Assembly (NCBI GenBank): GCA_031372065.1
Contig: JANMKN010000308.1
Span: 1 to 60,172, forward strand
Direction: 5' to 3'
Source: Abditibacteriaceae bacterium
GTDB taxonomy: Bacteria; Armatimonadota; Abditibacteriia; Abditibacteriales; Abditibacteriaceae
Length of the DNA: 60,172 nt
Each line of letters begins with the position of its first letter. Within the stretch, counting starts at the first letter, position 1. Under the pieces are notes generated by a model, which did not search any database, had not been told where the DNA came from, and saw nothing but the letters and a program-made list of their open reading frames with translations. Shown one piece after another: positions 46,992-57,074 of this stretch. The translations under genes were made by a program, and so were the position numbers.

Positions 46992-48368
46992 TCATTTTTT
47001 CCGACTATTTGGCGCCCATTTTTGGCCGCGCCGTAACGGGCGCGGGCCAGCGTGATCGTGGGCGGTGGTGTGCGCGGGGCGCGTCGTCATGGCGCCCACA
47101 GACGGCGCAGACGAAGCAGCGTTTCCTGTTCTGGCGTTGCGATCTTGCGCACGGCGTCCCTGCCCTTGTTCATTGCGTTGCGGCGCGGAACGGCGATGAC
47201 GTGAGCCTTGTGAAGGCACTGAATGCGGCAAAGGTTGCGGCGAATCAGGCGAAAGCGGCAGTTCGGAGCGCAGCAGTTTTTCGATTTGACGCACATCGGC
47301 GGCCTGATCGGGCGCGGCCAACGAAATCGCGTGACCGCTTTTGCCGGCGCGACCTGTGCGTCCGATGCGGTGAATATAATCTTCGGCGCAATCGGGCAAA
47401 TCATAGTTGAGGACGAGTTGAATATCCGACACGTCAATGCCGCGCGCGGCGATGTCCGTTGCCACCAAAACACGATAAGTGCCGTCTTTGAAGCCGTCCA
47501 ACGCGGCGCGGCGCTGCGTTAAGGTGCGGTCGGCATGAATTTCCGCCGATTTATGGCCCAAGTTGCGAATATGACGCGCCACGCGGCGCGCACGCGACCT
47601 TGTGCGGGCAAAAACCAGAACAGTGCCGTGATATTTATACAAAAGGTCTTGCAAAATATCGTTTTTGCCTTCTTGCGAGACGACGAAAAGTTCTTGCGTC
47701 ACTTGGTCGGCAGCGGTTCCGGCGCGGGCAACTTCGACGCGCACCGGTTCATACATATAATCTTGCGCGATTTGGGAGATGGCTTCGGGCATCGTCGCCG
47801 AAAAAAGCATGGTTTGGCGCTCATCGGGCACGCCGCGCAGAATTTGTTTAATCTGCGGCAAAAAGCCCATGTCGAGCATACGGTCGGCTTCGTCCAAGAC
47901 GAGCGTATCAACGGCGCGCAAATCAACGAAGCGATTCTGCAAATGGTCAATCAGGCGGCCCGGCGTGGCAACGATGATGTCCGGGTCGGCGCGCAATTGC
48001 GTCTGCTGCGGCCTCATCGGGGCACCACCGATAAGAACAGCGGTGCGCAATTTGAAAGGGGCGCCGATTTTTTGCAGCGTTTCTTCAACTTGCAAGGCCA
48101 ATTCGCGGGTCGGCAGCAAAATCAGGCCGCGTCCGCGATTTTTTACTGTTAAAAAGCGTTGCAGCATCGGAATACCAAACGCCAGCGTTTTGCCGGTGCC
48201 GGTTTGGGCGATGCCAATGATGTCACGGACTTCGAGGCCAAGCGGAATGGCTTCTTGTTGAATCGGGGTGGGAACCGTATAGTTCAAACGGTCAAGGTGG
48301 GTAAGTATCTGCGGCACGATGCCGAGATGATGAAACGAGGGTGTGTCTGAATCAATTTTGTTCTGCAT
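46992..48368 (-). CDS. DEAD-box RNA helicase (RhlE-like)
   Basis: AQTGTGKT, PTRELA, DEAD, SAT, HRIGRTGR. Confidence 0.95.
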   Translation of the reverse strand: MQNKIDSDTPSFHHLGIVPQILTHLDRLNYTVPTPIQQEAIPLGLEVRDIIGIAQTGTGKTLAFGIPMLQRFLTVKNRGRGLILLPTRELALQVEETLQKIGAPFKLRTAVLIGGAPMRPQQTQLRADPDIIVATPGRLIDHLQNRFVDLRAVDTLVLDEADRMLDMGFLPQIKQILRGVPDERQTMLFSATMPEAISQIAQDYMYEPVRVEVARAGTAADQVTQELFVVSQEGKNDILQDLLYKYHGTVLVFARTRSRARRVARHIRNLGHKSAEIHADRTLTQRRAALDGFKDGTYRVLVATDIAARGIDVSDIQLVLNYDLPDCAEDYIHRIGRTGRAGKSGHAISLAAPDQAADVRQIEKLLRSELPLSPDSPQPLPHSVPSQGSRHRRSAPQRNEQGQGRRAQDRNARTGNAASSAPSVGAMTTRPAHTTAHDHAGPRPLRRGQKWAPNSRKK

Positions 48369-48664
48369 AAATCCAATGACCCGAAGCGATCACAGGTCAG
48401 TGGATGAGTTTTGTCCAAAGCGTAAGTTCGAGTCCTTCGCCCTTTAAAAATCGAATGGGCGGATAATTGTGGTCTTTATTAGCGAATTTATGTGCTGATA
48501 AAGAAATTGTCAGCCTTCGCTGACACGAAATCGCAGCGTAGCGCTGCAAGTTGTCGGCGCGGGCCGACATTTTTTCTGACGGCGATTTCAATTGCCGTTT
48601 ACAGCAACAAAGCACAGCCCCTCACGAAATTTCATTCCTTGTGAGAGGCTGTGCAGAGAAGCAA

Positions 48665-48737
48665 TAGCGAGGGAGGGATTTGAACCCCCGACACATGGCT
48701 TATGAAGCCATTGCTCTAACCCCTGAGCTACCCCGCC
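48665..48737 (-). tRNA. tRNA-CAT, probably elongator Met
   Basis: GGCGGGGTAGCTCAG..GGCTTCATAAGCC..GGTTCAAATCC; lacks initiator GGG/CCC anticodon stem; Ile2 not excluded. Confidence 0.9.
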
Positions 48738-48806
48738 CTTTCGAGTGACGATTGCGGATTGACGAGTGTGGAGTTGATGATTCGTCATTCGTCAATCGTC
48801 ACTGGT

Positions 48807-48989
48807 TCAATCGTCTTGCGACTGGCGGCGCTTGCGTTTTTTGCGTTTCTGCTTTTTCATTTTGCGCTCTTCGATTTTACGGCGGCGATCAGAGTGTTCG
48901 CGGCGCAGCGCATCGTTCATTTCGCCGTCGAGCGAAACCAGCGGCGCGGTATCGTAAGCAGTCAATCTTGGCAAATCAATATTCGGCAT
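48807..48989 (-). CDS. Small basic hypothetical protein
   Basis: GAGGTG upstream; Lys/Arg-rich C-terminus. Confidence 0.45.
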   Translation of the reverse strand: MPNIDLPRLTAYDTAPLVSLDGEMNDALRREHSDRRRKIEERKMKKQKRKKRKRRQSQDD

Positions 48990-49141
48990 GAGTGGGGTTT
49001 TTCACCTCTCGTTCACTTTTATTACGAGTTTCGTCTTGCGACCCCTTTTCAAGGGCCTGTAGAATTATAGCGGCCCCCTTGAAGGCTGTCAACGAAAACC
49101 CACTTCCCTTACTGAGGTGGAGACGTAAAAGGAAATAAATT

Positions 49142-50125
49142 ATGAAACAACCCGTAAGAGTCGCCGTAACGGGCGCCGCCGGTCAAATCGGATATGCGCT
49201 TTTGCCTCGCATTGCGTCAGGCCAAATGTTCGGGCCAGACACGCCGGTCATTTTGCATCTCATCGAAATTCCACAAGGAGAAGCCGCTTTGCAAGGCGTA
49301 GTCATGGAATTGGAAGACTGCGCGTTTCCGCTTCTCAAAGGCATCGTGCCGACAACTGACCTCAACGAAGGGTTCAAAGGCGTCAACTGGGCGCTTTTGA
49401 TTGGCAGCGTGCCGCGCAAGGAAGGCATGGAGCGCAAAGATTTGCTGGGCATCAACGGCAAAATTTTCATCGGACAAGGCCAAGCTATCGCACGCAATGG
49501 CGCTTCCGATGTGCGTATTGTCGTTGTTGGCAATCCGTGCAACACCAATTGCTTAATCGCCATGAACAACGCGCGCGATGTGCCGCGTGACCGCTGGTTC
49601 GCCATGACGCGCCTCGATGAAAACCGCGCCGTCGCGCAACTCGCGCAAAAAGCCAATGTGGACATCACTGCCGTTGATCGTATGGCGATTTGGGGCAATC
49701 ATTCAGCGACACAGTATCCCGATTTCACCAACGCGCGCATCAACGGGAAACCCGTTACGCAAAGCATTTCGCATCGTGCATGGCTCGAAAGCGATTTCAT
49801 CAAAACGGTGCAGCAACGCGGCGCGGCCATTATCAAGGCGCGCGGCTTGTCTTCGGCGGCGTCGGCAGCCAATGCCGTTGTCGGCAGCGTAACTTCGATT
49901 ATCAACCCGACGCAAGGCGATAACTGGCATAGCTTGGCGCTTTGCTCCGATGGCAGTTATGGCATCGAAGCGGGCCTGATTTGCTCGTTTCCGACGCGCA
50001 CTGACGGAAAAACCGTCGAAATTGTGCAAAATGTGCCTTTGGACGACTTTAGCAAGGCCAAAATCGGCGCTTCCGTGACCGAATTGCAAGAAGAAAAGGC
50101 AATGGTCGCTGAATTACTGCCGTAA
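49142..50125 (+). CDS. mdh: Malate dehydrogenase (type 2)
   Basis: [40 protein letters not shown]. Confidence 0.97.
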   Translation: MKQPVRVAVTGAAGQIGYALLPRIASGQMFGPDTPVILHLIEIPQGEAALQGVVMELEDCAFPLLKGIVPTTDLNEGFKGVNWALLIGSVPRKEGMERKDLLGINGKIFIGQGQAIARNGASDVRIVVVGNPCNTNCLIAMNNARDVPRDRWFAMTRLDENRAVAQLAQKANVDITAVDRMAIWGNHSATQYPDFTNARINGKPVTQSISHRAWLESDFIKTVQQRGAAIIKARGLSSAASAANAVVGSVTSIINPTQGDNWHSLALCSDGSYGIEAGLICSFPTRTDGKTVEIVQNVPLDDFSKAKIGASVTELQEEKAMVAELLP

Positions 50126-50137
50126 ACCATTAAAAAC

Positions 50138-50168
50138 AAAAAGCCCCTCCAATTTGGAGGGGCTTTTT
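50138..50168. terminator. Bidirectional terminator
   Basis: aaaaagcccctccaa/ttggaggggcttttt. Confidence 0.85.
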
Positions 50169-50184
50169 GTTTTTGTAAGTCAGG

Positions 50185-50328
50185 TTACTTGGCAGGCGAC
50201 GGGCTTGCAGTTGCGTTGCCTCCGTCGGCGGCAGGTTCTTCGGGGCTACCACAACCAACAACCAGAGCGCTGGCGATCAAACCACCCAACACGGCCAACA
50301 GGGCGAAACGGCTCATCCATTTTTGCAT
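50185..50328 (-). CDS. Small lipoprotein (47 aa)
   Basis: AGGAGG RBS, lipobox VVGC. Confidence 0.7.
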   Translation of the reverse strand: MQKWMSRFALLAVLGGLIASALVVGCGSPEEPAADGGNATASPSPAK

Positions 50329-50469
50329 TGCTATCCTCCTTAACATTTTCCAGTTCACGGGCAGTATAAATGTTGGCATTTGCTTGTGCAACGGCAAAAA
50401 GGTGAAAATCCTTGCCAACTTTTATTACTGCGCTCTTGTTTTTCACATTTTGCAGCCTACAAACAGTCC

Positions 50470-52911
50470 TTAAAAGGCGCGGGCTATTTCCAAACTGAGC
50501 AAATTCTGTTGCGTGCGCGGCTCGCCAATGATGAAGTTAGGACGCGAGGTGTTGACTCTCATGGCTCGCGCTGTGAGAGTCAGACGACGGCTCAAATCAT
50601 AACTGACACGAAAGCGCGCGATTTGTTGACGTGACAAAGAGAAACCGGGTGCTGGCACAGTCGGAGGCGTCAGCAAAACCTCCGAGTTGAGATCGGCGAA
50701 TTCAATACCACTGTAAAAGCGCAGTTTGGGCAAAGCGCGCCAATAGCCTTCAACCCGCAGACTTTCCGCGCCGCCAATGCCTTTGCCAGCGCCAAAGTTA
50801 CCGAAGGGCGGCGCCACAGGGTAGCCCAAAGGCACGCCACGATAATAATAGTTGTAATCGGGATCACCGCTTACAAGGTCAAGGTAGGTGCTGCCTTGCA
50901 AAGTAGCATATTCACCGTAAATACCAAATTTGGTTGGGTCTTTCGGGGTGAAAATATGAGCGCCAAGCAGCGTGCCAAAACGATTGCGCACAGTGTTATT
51001 GTTGTTCACTCCAATGTCATCCACCAAAAACTCGCCGTAAGCCCGCACACCGCGAGCTATGCTGCTTTCAATGTAGGCTTCTACATTGTAGTTGGTGTTG
51101 TCTTTACTGTTGGTAATACGATCAGCAAAAAACAATGGTATCGGGGTGAATGTTGACAGGAAAAGGCTCGGTTTCAGGCTATCTTTCGGGTCAAGCACGT
51201 TTTCTATGACACCGATTCTCGCCTGCGAGCCGATATTGAGGTAAGTGTTTTTGGTGTAAAGCGAGCGATCTTTGCCGCCCGGCCCTTTGCCCAGCGGCGC
51301 ATAAATGCTTTCCGCCGTCCACGAACCACGTTTGAGCGTGGCTTTCACCATATTGAGCGGCCCGGCAGTGTCGCCCAAGCCCAAAGTGCCGAAATGCCCC
51401 GGTCCCAGCCACAATTCATCGCGTCCAGCTTCGATTTTCAAGCCACGCAGATGTTTTTCGGCGTTATACGACAGCAAAGCGCGTCGCACCGAAAAGCTGC
51501 GCGAATTCAGGCCGCGAATCGGATCGGTGCCCGAATCAACTGAGCCGAGAAAACTCAAATCACCCGCACGCGCCCACAAATTAGTGCGCGTGTCGAAGCC
51601 GCTTTTGGTGCGCGATCCGCCCTGCGCCTCGCTAAAGGGGAAGCGAAAACCGGCTACATCATCGCCGCCGGTCAAAGTCAAACGTTGCTGGCCGGAGACG
51701 CCGAACTCGAAGCCTTTGCTTTTTGCGAAGGGCGCCATACTTTCGTCCGAAACACCCAATTGCCGCAGTTCTTTGCCATATTCGTTGACCAAAGCGCCCA
51801 AAGCCACACGCGTTTTTTCGCGCGCGATTCCGGCTCTTGGACTGGCCAAGGCTTCTTTGACAAAACCGGCGATTTGCGCCCGCGTAAAGGTGTAATCTTC
51901 CGCCGTGCGATGGCGACGCGAGCCTTCATCATTGAAAACGTGCGCCGGTTGGCTGGTAATCAAGCCTTGGGCGGCCAAGCCTGCCAAATACAGATAATCG
52001 CTGTCAGCGTTTGGCACGCCGATGTTGGAAGCGCCGGTTTCAAAAGCCACAGGCGCCACCGAAACGCCCGGTTTTATCTCAGCCATCATCGGCTTTCCGC
52101 CGCCACCTGTGGTGCCTGTCGCACCGGTTGGGCCACTCACCATACCCACGAGATCGCCCGTTTTGGGCGCAGCCACCGCTTCGTCGCGCCAGATAATGTT
52201 GCCCGTTGAATCTTCGGGATTGACAGTCTGCACGCGCACCAAAGCCACTACGTTGCCGTCGCGCATAAGAGGCAAAGTCGTTCCGACCTTCACGCCACGC
52301 GTCGCGCCAACATTGAGTTTGGCTATGGCCGAATCCGCCGCCGTTACCACCGCAGGCCAAGCTACATTGTTGCTCACCATAACTGGCTTCATCGGTTTAG
52401 GCGGGGCGGGCGTTTTCACAGGCAGCGGCTTTGGCGGAGCCAGCGGTTTGCTTGGCTGCGTAACCACAGACGAGGGCATCGGGGTTGATTTGGGCACTGT
52501 GACTGGCGTGGAAGGCGCGGGGGTTGGCACGACGACAACATCCGGCGCCAGCGGCGCGATTTCTAAAAAGTTCACCGTGTTACCAACGGGCAACACAAAA
52601 CCTTCTTCGATGGACAACATACGCGCGGCGCTTTGCGTGCGGCGCGTGCTGATAATTTGCAGGCGGGCGCGTTCGCGCCCCTCGCTGCGCGCGACATAAA
52701 CGGCACCGGGACGGGCGCCATCATCGCTGCCGACACTCAGCGTCAATTCTTTGCCGCGAGAGGCTGTGATTGTTGCTTCGCGCGGGCCACCGACCTGTGC
52801 TAAAACGGGACGGGCGATCAACATCGGCGGTGCGGCAGCAGCCAGCACAATTAAGGCGGGCAATGTGCCTCGTGCGATGTGGAATTTGCGCCGTTTGGGG
52901 GATAAAGACAT
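50470..52911 (-). CDS. Outer membrane protein with C-terminal Wzi-like barrel
   Basis: GRDELWLGPG, YGEFLVDD, PLGY, terminal Phe; N-terminal repeated LxVG..GxxxG beta domains and Pro-rich linker. Confidence 0.6.
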   Translation of the reverse strand: MSLSPKRRKFHIARGTLPALIVLAAAAPPMLIARPVLAQVGGPREATITASRGKELTLSVGSDDGARPGAVYVARSEGRERARLQIISTRRTQSAARMLSIEEGFVLPVGNTVNFLEIAPLAPDVVVVPTPAPSTPVTVPKSTPMPSSVVTQPSKPLAPPKPLPVKTPAPPKPMKPVMVSNNVAWPAVVTAADSAIAKLNVGATRGVKVGTTLPLMRDGNVVALVRVQTVNPEDSTGNIIWRDEAVAAPKTGDLVGMVSGPTGATGTTGGGGKPMMAEIKPGVSVAPVAFETGASNIGVPNADSDYLYLAGLAAQGLITSQPAHVFNDEGSRRHRTAEDYTFTRAQIAGFVKEALASPRAGIAREKTRVALGALVNEYGKELRQLGVSDESMAPFAKSKGFEFGVSGQQRLTLTGGDDVAGFRFPFSEAQGGSRTKSGFDTRTNLWARAGDLSFLGSVDSGTDPIRGLNSRSFSVRRALLSYNAEKHLRGLKIEAGRDELWLGPGHFGTLGLGDTAGPLNMVKATLKRGSWTAESIYAPLGKGPGGKDRSLYTKNTYLNIGSQARIGVIENVLDPKDSLKPSLFLSTFTPIPLFFADRITNSKDNTNYNVEAYIESSIARGVRAYGEFLVDDIGVNNNNTVRNRFGTLLGAHIFTPKDPTKFGIYGEYATLQGSTYLDLVSGDPDYNYYYRGVPLGYPVAPPFGNFGAGKGIGGAESLRVEGYWRALPKLRFYSGIEFADLNSEVLLTPPTVPAPGFSLSRQQIARFRVSYDLSRRLTLTARAMRVNTSRPNFIIGEPRTQQNLLSLEIARAF

Positions 52912-52994
52912 TGCTACGATTCTCCTTTTTCGGATGCGGCAATTGTGGTGAAATGACCTTTACGGCGGGTTTTAAGAAATTCTACAATAATCGC

Positions 52995-54170
52995 TTAATC
53001 GTAGCGAAAATACGCGCAGCAACGCGCGCAAACCGGATACGGGCCATCATTTGCCAATCTCATGCGATGTTCGCGCATTTTGGGGCCGTTCCAAATTTCC
53101 ATGAATGGCGTTTCGCGGATGTTGCCCACGACGTGATTAAAGCACGGCGAGACATCCCCGTTGGGGAAAATCGCCGTTTGCAGCCACGCGCAACCCGGCG
53201 GGCGCGGACGGATAAATGTTTCGGGGTCGTTGTAATAAGTATCCATTTCCTGACGGTTCAATTCGGGATAAAACACCGTCGGAATCGGCGAAACGCGTTC
53301 GGCTTCCTGCATTACTTCAAATAATTCGTCGGCGTCTATGCCATGCGTTTCGGTGGTGCCGAGGTCGTCAATGTCCATCGGCATACAATCGCCCCACTGA
53401 TGGTTATGATTGTCGGCCATCGGGCGCGTCATGAACCAAAAGTGCTGAAAATTGATGATCGTGGCGCCCAGTTCCGCCGCGACTTTGGTCATGGCGGGCA
53501 TATTGCGGTAGTTGGTGCCGGTAATCACCGAGTTGACAACCACAACCGGCAGCGCGGACTTCTTTTGCTTTTTGAGTTCGAGCAGTTTTTGCAGGCCGCG
53601 TTGGGCTTTATCGAAAGTGCCGTCCACCATGCGCAATTCGTCGTGCGTGTCGCGCGGGCCGTCAATCGAAACTTGCAGCGAAGCGGGCGGCGCTTCCATG
53701 ATTTCTTCGGCTTTGCGCTCCAAAAGCGTGGCATTGGTCACCATCGCGGCGTGCATTCCGTGATGTTTGATGCGCCCCAGCAATTCGCCGATGCGCGGAT
53801 AAAGCAAAGGTTCGCCGCCAGTAATGGAGAAATACGGCTTATAAGGCGCGACTTGGTCCACTAAATTCATCCACTCATCGTCGAGAAAGTAATCGGCCTT
53901 GCCGAAGACCTGTCCATTAGCCACGAAGCGACAAAAGCCACAGCGCAGATTGCAACGGAACGTTGGTTTGATGGTGATGAAGCGCGGATTTTGCGAGCCG
54001 CCATTGGCGCGGCCCCACACTTGTTGTTCCCACGGCAAAATTAGGGCGCGCACGCGGTTTTGCATATACCACGGCACAAAAGTGCTGGCTAAAGCGCGGG
54101 CTTCGTCGGGGTTTTCGCGCATCATGCGCAGGCCAATGCCCTTGATCATCTTTACGGCGTGACTACTCAT
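52995..54170 (-). CDS. Radical SAM protein with SPASM/Twitch domain
   Basis: CNLRCGFC, TGGEPLL, SIDG, C..I.PNGDVSPC..GNI..C..C. Confidence 0.93.
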   Translation of the reverse strand: MSSHAVKMIKGIGLRMMRENPDEARALASTFVPWYMQNRVRALILPWEQQVWGRANGGSQNPRFITIKPTFRCNLRCGFCRFVANGQVFGKADYFLDDEWMNLVDQVAPYKPYFSITGGEPLLYPRIGELLGRIKHHGMHAAMVTNATLLERKAEEIMEAPPASLQVSIDGPRDTHDELRMVDGTFDKAQRGLQKLLELKKQKKSALPVVVVNSVITGTNYRNMPAMTKVAAELGATIINFQHFWFMTRPMADNHNHQWGDCMPMDIDDLGTTETHGIDADELFEVMQEAERVSPIPTVFYPELNRQEMDTYYNDPETFIRPRPPGCAWLQTAIFPNGDVSPCFNHVVGNIRETPFMEIWNGPKMREHRMRLANDGPYPVCARCCAYFRYD

Positions 54171-54206
54171 AAGAATTCAACTTTGCAACAACCAACGGGC
54201 GCTGTT

Positions 54207-54821
54207 TTAATCATCCACCTGCACATAGTAAATGGCGTGCTTGAGCAGGCCACAAGACAAAGAACGGCGCGATAAGCGATAACGCGCACCTTGCATTGAC
54301 AATCCCAATCGCGCAAAGGTCGCCTTCCATTGCGCATCACTGCGATTACTATGCGGATGCCCGCGCCATTCCCAGTTCAGCAAGCTATCGAAGAAAAACG
54401 TCACTTGCCGATGCACAGGGCCACGATAAATGTCCTCGATAACAATCAGGCGCCGCGCCACGCGAGAGGCTTCTTCCAGAATCGCGTCGGGGTTTTCCGT
54501 GTGATGTAACATGAAAACCAGTAGCGCGACATCGAAACTCTTGTCTTCAAAAGGAATGCGCTGGCCATCGTAAAGAACTGGCGCAAGCTGCGGCACGAAG
54601 CTCAAGTTTCGCAAATCCAGCGGCGTTGTGCGAAAACCAGCTTCGCCCAACACTTCGGCCACGTTGCACGACCCGGCGCCGATGTCCAAAATGCAGTCAC
54701 CGGGCCGCAAATAGCGCCGGAACCAGCCGACCACACCCTCGGCGCGAAAGCGGCACACCTTATAAAGCAGTTCACCAGTGCGCGGATGGTCGCGCAGAAC
54801 ATCAACAAAAGTGCGGGCCAC
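54207..54821 (-). CDS. Class I SAM-dependent methyltransferase
   Basis: LDIGAG, IPFEDKSFD, LHH. Confidence 0.85.
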   Translation of the reverse strand: MARTFVDVLRDHPRTGELLYKVCRFRAEGVVGWFRRYLRPGDCILDIGAGSCNVAEVLGEAGFRTTPLDLRNLSFVPQLAPVLYDGQRIPFEDKSFDVALLVFMLHHTENPDAILEEASRVARRLIVIEDIYRGPVHRQVTFFFDSLLNWEWRGHPHSNRSDAQWKATFARLGLSMQGARYRLSRRSLSCGLLKHAIYYVQVDD

Positions 54822-54842
54822 AGTTAATTTTGTTCGCTTCTA

Positions 54843-55080
54843 TTATGGAGCGCGGGCTTCCAGCCCGCTTGTGGAAAATTCGCATCCTATGCGGGCAAGA
54901 TGCCCGCGCTCCATAACTTAACCCAAGTTGCTACTTATAGCCCCACCCGTAAACGAGTGGGCTGAACCTGCAAAAGCCTCGTAAACGAGGCTAAACACTG
55001 GGAGTCCAGCCTCGTTTACGAGGCTTTTGCAGGTTCAGCCCATTGCTTTAGCAATGGGTAAGGAGAGGTAGCGCGCTCCA
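54843..55080. repeat. Composite of two REP-like inverted-repeat elements
   Basis: 15-bp arms 54843-57/54902-16 with inner GCGGGC hairpins; perfect 35-bp arms 54958-92/55008-42. Confidence 0.88.
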
Positions 55081-55087
55081 TATTTCC

Positions 55088-55411
55088 TTACGTCGCTGCG
55101 GGCGTGGTTTTATCGCTGGCAGTGCCCGAATCGCTTTTGGTTTCGGTTTTGGCCTCGCTTTTGGCCTCGGTTTTGACTTCCGGCGCGCTTTCGCTGCTGG
55201 TTTCGACGGGTTTGCTGGCGGTTTTCGACTTCTTTTCGGCGGCTAAATCGGTCACATAAAAACCGCTGCCTTTAAAATGTAACTTCGGCGCGTGCAGCAC
55301 TTTTTTCACTTCGGCCCCGCATTCGGGACACGGCGGCGCCGCTTCGCCCACGGCTTGCCAGATTTCAAAACGATGCTCGCACGACTTGCATTTATACTCG
55401 TAATTCGGCAC
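55088..55411 (-). CDS. FmdB family zinc-ribbon protein
   Basis: MPNYEYKCKSC..FE..CPECG..FKGSGFYVTD; GTG start with GAGGAG. Confidence 0.9.
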   Translation of the reverse strand: MPNYEYKCKSCEHRFEIWQAVGEAAPPCPECGAEVKKVLHAPKLHFKGSGFYVTDLAAEKKSKTASKPVETSSESAPEVKTEAKSEAKTETKSDSGTASDKTTPAAT

Positions 55412-55577
55412 GAAACTTCTCCTCAAACCTTCAAAAACTTGATGAATCCGCGTTGAATTCACCCTTGCGATTATACCGATTTCGCGCCCTTATGCCTATA
55501 ACAGAGAGTTATCTTCATATCCACATCTTCTATCAGGCGCACTCGCAAGTTGGTATCCTCAAATTTAGTTTTTCTCC

Positions 55578-56960
55578 ATGCAGCCGCCTTCTTCCAATAT
55601 ACTTCGCCGTTCTCGTCCCGCGTTCCATCAGGCACCCGGCCCTAAGCGGCCTTTTGCCGGCAATCTGCGCGCCGCCGCACGCGATTCCATCGCGTTTTAT
55701 GAGGACGCCACACGCGAATTTGGCGGCATTGTGCGCTTTTCTTACTCAAAAAACCGCGCGTGGCACCTTATCAGCGACCCGGCGATGATCGAATGGGTTT
55801 TGCAGACCAATTTCAAGAACTATCCTAAGGGATTTTTCTTTTCCAAGCGCCTGCGACTGCTGACCGGCGACGGTTTGATTTCCAGCGAAGGCGAGCTTTG
55901 GCTGCGACAAAGGCGTCTGGCGCAACCGGCGTTTCATCGTCAGCGCCTCGCGCAACTGACCGACTTAATGCGAGACGCCGCACGCGAAATGTTGAATCGC
56001 TGGGATAAATCGCCCGCCGCTAAACCGCTCAATATCTCCGACGAAACGATGCGCCTGACCTTGCAAGTCGTCGGCAGGGCGCTCTTTCGCACCGAATTAG
56101 CGCATCACGCCGATGCCACCTACGATGCGCTCACGCAGATTCTCGCCTACATTGACTTTCGCATGAAACATCCCTTTGCCGCGTCGGAAAAAGTGCCGAC
56201 GCGCCGCAATAAATCGTTTCTGCGCGCCAAAAACGCCTTGGATACAATCGCCCTCGACATCATCCAAGCCCGCCATCGCAGCGGCAAAGACGAAGGCGAT
56301 TTGCTTTCGATGCTTATGCAAGTGCGCGACGAAGACAGCGGCGAAGGCATGAGCGACACGCAATTGCTGGACGAAGTGCGCACCATCATGTTGGCCGGTC
56401 ACGAAACCACCGCGATGGCGCTGGCATGGACATGGAATCTGCTGTCGGAAAATCCGCACATTCAAAGGCGTCTGGAAAACGAAGTGGACACCGTTTTAGG
56501 CGGGCGCGAGCCGAAATTCGACGACTTAGAGAAGCTGCGTTACACGCGCCAAGTCTTCGAGGAAGCGCTGCGTTTATATCCATCCTTCTGGCTGCTGGCG
56601 CGTCAAGCCAAAGAAGCCGATACAATCGGCGGCTACGACATCCGCGCCGGTTCAACCATCGCGCTGTCGCCGTATATCACGCAGCGTCTGCCGCAATTCT
56701 GGCCCGAACCGGAAAAATTCGACCCCGACAGATTCGTGCCCGACGCGGTGCGCCCGAAATTTTCTTATTTCCCCTTCGGCGGCGGCCCGCGCCTGTGCAT
56801 AGGCCAAAATTTCGCCCTGATGGAAGCGCAAATCATCTTAGCCATGACCGCGCAGCGCTTCCGCCTCACGACCGTGCCCGGCCAAAATCTCGAACTGGCG
56901 CAAACCCTCACCCTGCGCCCGCGCGACGACTTGAAAATGACTTTGGAGAAAAGAGAATAA
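55578..56960 (+). CDS. Cytochrome P450
   Basis: AGHETT, EALRLYP, FDPDRF, FGGGPRLCIG. Confidence 0.96.
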   Translation: MQPPSSNILRRSRPAFHQAPGPKRPFAGNLRAAARDSIAFYEDATREFGGIVRFSYSKNRAWHLISDPAMIEWVLQTNFKNYPKGFFFSKRLRLLTGDGLISSEGELWLRQRRLAQPAFHRQRLAQLTDLMRDAAREMLNRWDKSPAAKPLNISDETMRLTLQVVGRALFRTELAHHADATYDALTQILAYIDFRMKHPFAASEKVPTRRNKSFLRAKNALDTIALDIIQARHRSGKDEGDLLSMLMQVRDEDSGEGMSDTQLLDEVRTIMLAGHETTAMALAWTWNLLSENPHIQRRLENEVDTVLGGREPKFDDLEKLRYTRQVFEEALRLYPSFWLLARQAKEADTIGGYDIRAGSTIALSPYITQRLPQFWPEPEKFDPDRFVPDAVRPKFSYFPFGGGPRLCIGQNFALMEAQIILAMTAQRFRLTTVPGQNLELAQTLTLRPRDDLKMTLEKRE

Positions 56961-57067
56961 ACACAAAGGCGCAAAGACACAAAGAGAAGACACCAAGATG
57001 AAAATGCAGATAGCCTTCTTAAAATCTTCTTTCCCATCTTCTTTGTGTCTTTGCGCCTTTGTGTTTA
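56958..57067. repeat. Inverted repeat built from 9-mer units
   Basis: 28-bp perfect arms 56958-85/57040-67 (acacaaagg cgcaaagac acaaag). Confidence 0.85.
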
Positions 57068-57074
57068 ATACACC

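Noticed and set aside
48369..48660. Possible structured leader of the DEAD-box helicase
   Set aside because: Only short hairpins seen and no recognisable RNA family
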